Shown: positions 56,790 to 64,000 of the stretch, one piece after another
How positions within the stretch are numbered: position 1 is the first letter of the stretch
How the letters are laid out: every line of letters starts with the position of its first letter
Assembly: GCA_965200965.1 (NCBI GenBank)
Contig: OZ241744.1
Span: 288,001-352,000, forward strand
Reading direction: 5' to 3'
Origin: an uncultured Candidatus Binatia bacterium
GTDB lineage: Bacteria; Desulfobacterota; Binatia; Bin18
Length of the DNA stretch: 64,000 nucleotides
The notes under the pieces: generated by a model
What the model was told of the DNA's origin: nothing
Seen by the model: only the letters and a program-made list of their open reading frames with translations
The model's database searches: none
Program-made: the position numbers and the translations under genes

Positions 56790-58277
56790 ATGGCGCTTCG
56801 TTTTCATAACACCCTCACCGGCAGAGCCGAGGAGTTCGTTTCCCTGACCCCCGGCAAAGTCGGTATGTATGTGTGCGGGGTGACGGTCTACGACCGCTCG
56901 CACCTTGGACATGCGCGCGCCCTGGTGGCCTTTGATGTCATCTACCGCTACCTGCGCTTTCTGGGCTACGAGGTCAGCTTTGTGCGCAACTTCACCGATG
57001 TTGATGACAAAATCATCAACCGGGCCAATGAGCGGGGGATATCGGCCCGGGAGCTCTCCGAGACCTGTATCCGTGAGTTTGGCGAGGACATGCGGGCGCT
57101 GGGCTGTCTGTCGCCGACCGTGGAGCCCCGGGCCACGCGGCATATCCCCGACATGATTGACCTGATTCAGGATTTGGAAGCCAGGGGCCTGGCCTATGCG
57201 GTTGGGGGCGATGTGTATTATGCGGTTGATCGCTTTGCCGCTTATGGCAAGCTCTCGCATCGCCGGCTCGACGATATGCTGGCCGGTGCCCGGGTGGAGG
57301 TCAATGAGCGCAAACGGTATGCCCTGGATTTTGCCCTGTGGAAGGCCAGCAAGCCCGGCGAACCCGAATGGAACAGCCCCTGGGGCAAAGGGCGGCCCGG
57401 CTGGCATATTGAGTGCTCGGCCATGAGCAGCCGCTATCTGGGCCAGCCGTTTGATATTCATGGCGGTGGGGCGGATCTCATCTTTCCCCACCATGAGAAC
57501 GAGATTGCGCAGTCCGAAGGCGCGCAAGACCGTCCCTTTGCCCGCTATTGGCTACACAACGGTATGGTCACCGTTGAGGGCGAAAAGATGTCGAAATCGC
57601 TGGGGAATTTTCTGACCATTGGCCAAGTGTTGGAATCGCACGCGGCCGAGACCTTGCGGATGGTGTTGTTATCAACCCAGTACCGTATGCCGCTCGATTT
57701 CTCGGCCCGGAAGATGGACGAGGCCGCCAAGAGTCTCCGCCGCGCCTACCAGACCCTGGCCCGTATTGACCAGGCACTCGGGTCGGATGCCGAGCGGGAG
57801 CAGATCCCCCATCGCACCGCGGACCGGGCCACAGACTCTCCAGTCCTGAGCCGCTTTCAGGACGCTATGAATGACGACTGCAACACCCCTCGGGTGCTTG
57901 GCGTGGTGTTTGAGACGGTCCGGGAGGCCAACCGTCGGCTTGACGCCGGCCAACTTGGCACGCTGGCCCACCTCCGCCAAGACCTCACCACCATCGGCGG
58001 GGTGCTGGGAATGTTGCAGGAGCCGCCCGAACAATTTTTGCAGCGGGCCCAACAACAAGGACTAGCCACCACCAGCCTGAGCCCGCAGATGATCGAACAA
58101 CTGATCGCCGACCGAGTTGCGGCCCGCAAAGTGAAAGACTTCAAAAAAGCTGACGCTATCCGCGATCAGCTCCACGCCCAAGGGATTGTGCTCAAAGATT
58201 CTCCAACCGGAACGACCTGGACCGTTGACCCCGGGCGAATCCCTCCGCCCTCCTGGCGTCCGCTCCTGAGCAGGTAG
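56790..58277 (+). CDS. cysS: Cysteine--tRNA ligase
   Basis: MYVCGVTVYD..HLGHAR, GRPGWHIECSAM, FPHHENE, KMSKSLGN. Confidence 0.97.
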   Translation: MALRFHNTLTGRAEEFVSLTPGKVGMYVCGVTVYDRSHLGHARALVAFDVIYRYLRFLGYEVSFVRNFTDVDDKIINRANERGISARELSETCIREFGEDMRALGCLSPTVEPRATRHIPDMIDLIQDLEARGLAYAVGGDVYYAVDRFAAYGKLSHRRLDDMLAGARVEVNERKRYALDFALWKASKPGEPEWNSPWGKGRPGWHIECSAMSSRYLGQPFDIHGGGADLIFPHHENEIAQSEGAQDRPFARYWLHNGMVTVEGEKMSKSLGNFLTIGQVLESHAAETLRMVLLSTQYRMPLDFSARKMDEAAKSLRRAYQTLARIDQALGSDAEREQIPHRTADRATDSPVLSRFQDAMNDDCNTPRVLGVVFETVREANRRLDAGQLGTLAHLRQDLTTIGGVLGMLQEPPEQFLQRAQQQGLATTSLSPQMIEQLIADRVAARKVKDFKKADAIRDQLHAQGIVLKDSPTGTTWTVDPGRIPPPSWRPLLSR

Positions 58278-59578
58278 TTGCGGGAAAAAATTGTTGCATT
58301 ATTGCTGGGGATATGCTCGTTGAAATACCACTCGGCCTGCCACTCCGCAGGGGAAGTGTGGACGGCCGGGGCCTCAAAGGTTGTGGCGTGGGGAGCCTGC
58401 ATATCGACCATCACCGCTTGGGGCATGAAGGCCCACTCGTCGCTGTAGTTGTACTGCGCGCCTTCGAGCGGGTTGATGGGATAGCGGTCGTGGGGCTTGT
58501 CGGTATAGGCGATGCTGCGCAGGAAGACCTTCCACAGATCACCCTGGAGGTCGTAGATTTCCTGGATCACCGGGGCAAAGAACTCTTGATCGATATACAG
58601 CACCCGCTTGGAGTAGGTATAGCGTCCGCTATAGCCGACAGGGGTGGCTTCGACGACCCACACCCGCCGTTTCTCCCACGGCACGCAGGGCAGGGCGGCC
58701 AGGATACCCCGATTCTCGTTCTGGGCCGCGCACCAAGCCGATGGATCGCCATATTTGTCGCTATGCACCACGGCCAGGATGTCCTTGTCGGCCAGCACCC
58801 GGAAGTCCCAGAAGCTGAGCTTGGCACTAAAGCCTCACCAGGAGTCCAGGTCAACATCCGTCCGCCACAGCGGAGTACTGCGGTCAACAATACTCACCCG
58901 GTGTACGCGGCGCGTCTCAGGAATATAGACGTAGGTGTCGTCAAGCGCGTCCGGGGCCTGGTAGCGGAAATACAGGATAGCGGTGCCCTTGTGATCGTTG
59001 GGGAGAAACGCGGGACCGATCAGATTGGTGTGGCTGACGCCCCGCGCGTGGGGAATGACGGGTTTGGGCTCGCTATACAGGCGACCGGTCCACATCAAGC
59101 GCCGCCACGGATAGGAAAAGGTGCGTTCAAGCTCTCCTCTGGCGTTCACCGTCTGGGTCGTCGAGTCTGTGCCAAAGTTGTCAATACTGAACGGCGCATA
59201 CTCCTGGTTCCACATAATTCGAAAACCGGCCAGGGGATCGTTGAGGTCTATAGACGGAAAGGGACAGCCGGCCACATAGTTGATCAGCCGCCGTCCATCG
59301 CCGGACAGGCTGACTTGGCTGGAGAATTTCTCGGTGGCTTCTTCGTAGGCTTTGGGCCACACCACCCTTTTGGTGGCAATGATCCGCATCGGCATGCCCT
59401 GCTCCAGCATCCAGCGGGTCGCCGGGGTGAGGAGGGTTTCGGCTTGCGAGACGCTGTTTCTGGTGATGGTATCGCCGGCAGAAACCTCAGCCCCACACGG
59501 GCTGAGCAATCCGATCAGCCACAGGCTGAGTAGTCCAAGCCTTGTCGTCCACGGCTCCGTCCATACGATCTTGTGCAT
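58166..59578 (-). pseudogene. DUF1329 family secreted protein interrupted by an in-frame TGA at 58835-58837
   Basis: Signal peptide; GCPFP...DP.AG..IMWN, Y.PETRRV, YSKR..YID, YD..G.LWK. The two track ORFs (58835..59953 and 58166..58798) are in the same frame. Confidence 0.75.
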
Positions 59579-59707
59579 CTCAACTCCTCTGCTTGTCGTT
59601 TCGCAAGGCTGTCGTATCAAAAATTGTGGGCTTGGTGAATATCGCGGAGAGGAGGCGGCTGCCGACAAAGGACTCTGCTGAGGCGCTGGCCGGGCCTGAC
59701 CAAAAGA

Positions 59708-59724
59708 TGCTAAGCTGGCCGCCG
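59708..59724 (+). promoter_or_regulatory. Putative extended -10 promoter (TGcTAAGCT) plus GC-rich discriminator for the tRNA gene
   Basis: TG-n-TAAGCT at 59708-59716, followed by GGCCGCCG, 11 nt before the tRNA 5' end. Confidence 0.45.
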
Positions 59725-59727
59725 TGC

Positions 59728-59801
59728 GCGCCCGTAGCTCAATGGGATAGAGCGCCGGGCTTCGAACCCGTAGGTTGGGTGTTCGAGTCACCCCGGGCGC
59801 G
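59728..59801 (+). tRNA. tRNA-Arg (anticodon TCG), CCA not encoded
   Basis: Acceptor GCGCCCG/CGGGCGC; D arm GCTC/GAGC; anticodon loop CTTCGAA; T arm GGGTG-TTCGAGT-CACCC; followed by T11. Confidence 0.93.
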
Positions 59802-59837
59802 CTTTTTTTTTTTGGTCGCTGCGCGACGGCAGACCCA

Positions 59838-60788
59838 ATGAAAAAACTCTTTGAACGTCTCAGCAGACGCCCCGCCCCGCCCGCGTCTGCTCCAGCCGAA
59901 TCCCCGCTCCGGGAAGAAGAGCCGCGCCTCTCTCCTCCTGTGGCCCGCAACAACTATGTCGTTGTCATCCTCGACAGCTGTCGATTTGACGCGCTCATGA
60001 CCGCCGCGCCCAAAGCGCTGCGCTGTCTCGGACAGGTCGAACGTCGCTGGAGCTACGCGTCGTGGACCGCGCCGTCGCACTATAACCTGCTGATGGGCTT
60101 ATTGCCCCATTCCAGTCCATCGCGGGTGTACGCTTCGGAGTACTATAAGCGGGATTTTCTGAAATATAACGAGCGCTTGGGAACACGCGAGATCGCCTTC
60201 AAGAGTTTGATCCCGGAACTCTTCCTGCCCAGCTTTCTCAAACACACACTCGGCTATCGCACCCACGCCCTGGTCTCGCTGCCGGTGCTGAATCCGGCCA
60301 CGCCGCTTAACCGTGATTTTGATTCGTTCACCCTCATGCCCACCCACAACGATATGGCCGCCATGCTTGAGCGGATGACCTTTGCTGCTGAGCGCCCGTC
60401 GTTCTACCTGTTGAATGTCGGTGAGACTCATTATCCCTACGCCTTGCCGGACGAACCCGAGGCCAGGTGGCCGAAGATTCATGGCGTGCATGGGGTTTTT
60501 CAGCACCTTGACGAGATGCTGGTCGGCGGCAAGCTGCGCGGGGAGGATGGCAGAGCGCAATTTTTTGATCAGGAAGCACTTGACCAACTGCGGGAGCGGC
60601 AGATTGAGGCCGTGCGCTACCTTGACGGGGTTTTCACCCGGCTGTTTGACCTCGTTCCGGCCAATACCTACATCACCGTCACCGCCGACCACGGCGAGTT
60701 GTTCGGCGAGGCCGGCTATTTCGGCCACGGCCCCATTCAGCACGATAAGGTCTACGAAGTGCCGTTTGTTGAGGGCAAGCTGCGCTGA
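59838..60788 (+). CDS. Alkaline phosphatase superfamily (sulfatase-like) metalloenzyme
   Basis: VVILDSCRFD, SWTAPSH, ETHYPY, TADHGELFGE..YFGHG. Confidence 0.82.
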   Translation: MKKLFERLSRRPAPPASAPAESPLREEEPRLSPPVARNNYVVVILDSCRFDALMTAAPKALRCLGQVERRWSYASWTAPSHYNLLMGLLPHSSPSRVYASEYYKRDFLKYNERLGTREIAFKSLIPELFLPSFLKHTLGYRTHALVSLPVLNPATPLNRDFDSFTLMPTHNDMAAMLERMTFAAERPSFYLLNVGETHYPYALPDEPEARWPKIHGVHGVFQHLDEMLVGGKLRGEDGRAQFFDQEALDQLRERQIEAVRYLDGVFTRLFDLVPANTYITVTADHGELFGEAGYFGHGPIQHDKVYEVPFVEGKLR

Positions 60789-60805
60789 GCCAGTGTGAAG
60801 CCGCG

Positions 60806-61759
60806 GTGAAAAACCCCACAGTTGTTGTTGGCCTGGTTCTCAGCCTGGCATGTGGCTATGCTGCCGTCCGGGGGGTGGAGTGGCCCCCCGTTCTGGCGGC
60901 GATGGGGCGCATCAATCCGCTCGCGCTGCTTGTACCGACCGCCTGGTACAGCCTGTTTTTTGTGTTGCGGGCCTATCGCTGGCAGCGCTTTGTCGCTCCG
61001 CTGGAGCCTCTGCCGGTCGGCCCTTTCTTGTCGGCCACGCTGATCGGCTTTATGGCCAACAATGTCCTGCCCTTGCGCCTCGGCGAACTCATCCGCGGCT
61101 ATGCCCTGTCCCGCCTCACCCCGGTGCGGCTCAGCACTGCTCTGGCCACCGCTGTTCTGGAGCGCGTCTGGGATGTTTTTGTGGTTGCGCTCCTGCTGGT
61201 GTGGGTCCTGCCCCGCTTTCCGCTGCCGGAAGGGCTGGTCCGGGCCAATACGCTCCTGCTGGCCCTGGGCGTCGGCTGTCTGGTCGCAGGCTGGTGGGGG
61301 GTCCGGTACGCCGGCAGCCTGCGGCTGGCCTGGCTGCCCGAGCGGCTGGCCGGCCTGGTACGGCATGGTGTTGACGGGCTGCGCGCACTCCAGCATGTCT
61401 CGCTGCTGGTCCACACGGTCGCCCTGTCCCTGGCGATGTGGCTGAGCGTTGCCGGCTACTACTGGCTGTTGTTGTGGGCGTGTGGGATGGACCTGCCCCT
61501 TGAGGCCGGCCTGGTGGTGATGCTGGTGGTCGCGGTTGGGGTCGCGTTGCCGGCCGCCCCGGGCTTTGTCGGCACCTTTCAGTATGCGGTCGTGTTTGCC
61601 CTGTCGTTGTTTGCCGTTCCGCAAGAAGCAGCGCTGAGCTTCTCCATTATTGCCCACCTAGCCCAACTCCTGCCAGTTATTCTCGCCGGCTTCATTGCCC
61701 TGCTGGGATCGGGCCTGCCTCTGTGGCCGACCCGTTTGCTGCCGGCGAAAGACGGCTGA
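60806..61759 (+). CDS. Lysylphosphatidylglycerol synthase TM / UPF0104 flippase-like membrane protein
   Basis: LRAYRW, GFMANNVLPLRLGELIR, LERVWD, LPAAPGFVGTFQ. Confidence 0.88.
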   Translation: MKNPTVVVGLVLSLACGYAAVRGVEWPPVLAAMGRINPLALLVPTAWYSLFFVLRAYRWQRFVAPLEPLPVGPFLSATLIGFMANNVLPLRLGELIRGYALSRLTPVRLSTALATAVLERVWDVFVVALLLVWVLPRFPLPEGLVRANTLLLALGVGCLVAGWWGVRYAGSLRLAWLPERLAGLVRHGVDGLRALQHVSLLVHTVALSLAMWLSVAGYYWLLLWACGMDLPLEAGLVVMLVVAVGVALPAAPGFVGTFQYAVVFALSLFAVPQEAALSFSIIAHLAQLLPVILAGFIALLGSGLPLWPTRLLPAKDG

Positions 61760-63293
61760 GACGCATATCCACCACCAGACTGCCCGGCGGCGGTTTGATG
61801 GGTGCCTCGGCAGCGACCGATGTGATCGGCAGGTGGGCAGAGTCCGGTGCCAACTCCCGCAGCAACAGGGAGACCATAGCCGGAGGATTCCAGTCTGGGA
61901 AGGAAGAGGGCAGCCCGAACTCATAGCGCGCCGGCGGCGCGAGCGTATCCTGCCATCTGGGACGGACCACATAGATGCTGCCCGCCTGCGCCAGATTCCC
62001 CTGCATCAGTTGGGAGCCCATGAACCCCAACTCCCGGACCTGTGGTGTCACAACGGAGGTCTGCACCTGCCAGGTTGCCAGCAGCGCACACACGCTCGCC
62101 ACCCCTCCCGCTGCGGCATTTGCCCAGACCGGGGACAAGGTGCATCGTTTTGCCTTCCTCCCGACCGGATACGACGATTCACCCTTGGAATGCCGCCACC
62201 GCAAAGCATAGCCCCGCAAGGCCAGAAACGCATACACGATAACAAGAGCTGTGAGGCTCAGCAGGCTCCGATACGAGGCCCAGTTCTCCGCGACCACCAG
62301 GTTTGGCGCGTAGCTCAGCGGCAGGAGTGCCCCAGCCAGACCCAGTTTTCCACAGCGCTCTCTCCAGGTCCCCCGAAAATACAGCAGTAGCCCACTGGGG
62401 ATGAGGCCAGCCATAGCCCAGGCGATGCCCACATCCACACTCCGGTGCAAAGGCGAAGGAGCAGACCCCTGTCCTGACAAGATCCAGTACCCAGGGGACA
62501 GCAGAACGAAGTGCAGCGCGTTGGGCAGGGCTTTACCGCAAAACCAGACGACTTTGGCAGGGATATCCTGAACGAGGCCGGTCCGCGCGGGATAGCCCGG
62601 ATAGACGACTGCGGCCAGTGCATACACGCCAAACCCCAACAGCAGCCCAGCCATGCCAATCAGCAAGTAGAGCCGCAAGCGACGGAGCATATCACCCAGC
62701 GGTGTGTCCGGTTTCAAGACAACGATCGCGGCACAAACCCAGAAAAACATGGCTGCGGTCTGATGGAGGGTGAGGGCGGCAAGCAGGACCAGGACCGAGC
62801 CGGCCGCAAGCAGCCATTGCCGTGCGCGCCGGCGTGTTGCGAATGCCCTCTCGCCCAGCAGGAAGGCAAGCCCCGAGACGAGCGCGGCAAAGGGATAGAG
62901 TGCCACGCTCGCCCAGGCCGCGCAGACTTGAAATGGCAGGCTGCTCCCGATAATCACGCCCACGCAAAAAGCCTGAAACCTGCTCCAGCCGCTGCGGGTG
63001 AGTATCAGGAACACGAGCCAAGCCACCAGTCCGATGCCAACAACCCCCACGAAGCGGGCATAGCGCAGGTCCTCAATATGCGTTGCCGACTGTAAGAAGA
63101 GCCGGGTAGCCAGGGCGTAGAGCGGGCGGCCCTCTCGCATCTTCTTTGTTATTGACCATCCATGTGGCCCGCCGGCCAGATCGTGATAATCATCAAGGAA
63201 GGCATAATCCGTATGCAGCACCGGACTGTAGACCGTCAAGAAAACGGCCAGAAAGAGGCCCAGGGCGGCCCAGTTTGCAACCCGCGCTTTCAT
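61692..63293 (-). CDS. GtrII-like (GT-C) glucosyltransferase-domain membrane protein
   Basis: TM helix then AFLDDY, GRPL, ~11 TM helices, LHQ, PNLVVAE...YR. ATG at 63293 preferred over the track start. Confidence 0.65.
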   Translation of the reverse strand: MKARVANWAALGLFLAVFLTVYSPVLHTDYAFLDDYHDLAGGPHGWSITKKMREGRPLYALATRLFLQSATHIEDLRYARFVGVVGIGLVAWLVFLILTRSGWSRFQAFCVGVIIGSSLPFQVCAAWASVALYPFAALVSGLAFLLGERAFATRRRARQWLLAAGSVLVLLAALTLHQTAAMFFWVCAAIVVLKPDTPLGDMLRRLRLYLLIGMAGLLLGFGVYALAAVVYPGYPARTGLVQDIPAKVVWFCGKALPNALHFVLLSPGYWILSGQGSAPSPLHRSVDVGIAWAMAGLIPSGLLLYFRGTWRERCGKLGLAGALLPLSYAPNLVVAENWASYRSLLSLTALVIVYAFLALRGYALRWRHSKGESSYPVGRKAKRCTLSPVWANAAAGGVASVCALLATWQVQTSVVTPQVRELGFMGSQLMQGNLAQAGSIYVVRPRWQDTLAPPARYEFGLPSSFPDWNPPAMVSLLLRELAPDSAHLPITSVAAEAPIKPPPGSLVVDMRLSRLSPAANGSATEAGPIPAGQ

Positions 63294-63375
63294 AGAGGGC
63301 CGGCAAGCTAAACAGGTATGGTGCCACTTTGAAAATGGGGCTGAACTTGGGGCGGATTGATGGTATGGAAGGACA

Positions 63376-64000
63376 ATGCCACTCAGCCTTGACATCGTCC
63401 TTCCCTGCCTCAACGAAGCACACAGCCTGCCCCGAAGCGTCCCGCGGCTGCACACCTTTCTGTCAGCACACATGTCTGCTTACGAGTGGAGCATTGTCAT
63501 TGCTGACAACGGCTCTACCGACGGCACGCGTGCCGCCGCCGCGACGCTGACCGAAGAACTCCCGGCTGTACGCACGATACACTTGGCGCAGCGGGGCCGC
63601 GGGCGTGCGCTGCGCCAGGCGTTTGTGGAAAGCCAAGCCGATATCGTCTCTTATATGGATGTTGATCTGTCTACTGATCTGGACCATCTGCCGACGCTGG
63701 TGGAGGCAATTGCGGACGAGGGATACGATATTGCCACTGGCTCACGGCTCTTGCCCGAGTCGCAGGTCAGGGGCCGCTCGCTCGTCCGCGAGATCACGTC
63801 ACGGACCTACAGCCTGCTGTTCCGCGTGATGTTCTGGACGCCGTTTCGAGATGCCCAGTGTGGCTTCAAAGCCATGAGCCGTGGCGTGGCCAACGAGTTG
63901 GTCCCGCTGCTGCGAGACAACGGCTGGTTTTTCGACTCCGAGTTGCTCATTCTGGCTCAGAAGTGTGGCTACCGGATATGTGAGTTGCCGGTGAACTGGA
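63376..64000 (+). CDS. GT2 polyprenyl/dolichyl-phosphate hexosyltransferase (3' truncated by the window edge)
   Basis: Hand-translated: MPLSLDIVLPCLNE...IADNGSTDGT...GRGRAL...YMDVDLSTD...GSR...DAQCGFKA...WFFDSELL. GAAGGA Shine-Dalgarno. Not in the ORF track. Confidence 0.9.
   Translation, partial: MPLSLDIVLPCLNEAHSLPRSVPRLHTFLSAHMSAYEWSIVIADNGSTDGTRAAAATLTEELPAVRTIHLAQRGRGRALRQAFVESQADIVSYMDVDLSTDLDHLPTLVEAIADEGYDIATGSRLLPESQVRGRSLVREITSRTYSLLFRVMFWTPFRDAQCGFKAMSRGVANELVPLLRDNGWFFDSELLILAQKCGYRICELPVNW

Noticed and set aside
37780-58837. Stop-codon reassignment suggested by in-frame TAG (37780) and TGA (58835)
   Set aside because: TAG and TGA terminate many well-conserved genes here at the expected positions. 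Isolated nonsense mutations are a simpler explanation.
59579-59953. N-terminal extensions of ORFs 58835..59953 and 59775..60788
   Set aside because: They overlap the tRNA gene. Better starts are at 59578 and 59838.
1-64000. CRISPR array, integron cassettes, transposase or integrase
   Set aside because: No short regularly spaced repeats with unique spacers, attC-like sites or recombinase ORFs were recognised.

Overview
GC-rich bacterial chromosome segment; gene content resembles Deltaproteobacteria/Binatota-like lineages, but this is tentative. There are three main blocks. (1) 1-17618: a head-to-tail, translationally coupled array of at least 7 highly similar paralogous GT-C (PMT/ArnT-like) membrane glycosyltransferase genes. 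Their differences cluster at predicted substrate-binding motifs. They carry 2-4 copies of a Cys-pair C-terminal module, are mosaics of one another, and each contains a conserved G9/G-quadruplex-like tract. (2) Housekeeping and metabolic genes: pheST, trpS, otsA, an orphan Mod-like DNA methyltransferase, a desaturase, attH/attEFG-like genes, gdhA, amidohydrolases, a CoA transferase, mlaEFDAC, a DHH protein, acs, cysS, tRNA-Arg(TCG) and envelope glycosylation genes. (3) 38105-48904: a compositionally distinct three-gene defence-like operon (NERD-pseudokinase-kinase-P-loop protein; 604-aa protein; nuclease-motif plus HerA/FtsK-like ATPase). It resembles the DndFGH / MADS Mad6-7-8 restriction module but has no adjacent modification genes, and gene fragments flank it on both sides. 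Several decayed genes are also present. All calls come from motif recognition by eye; no database searches were run.
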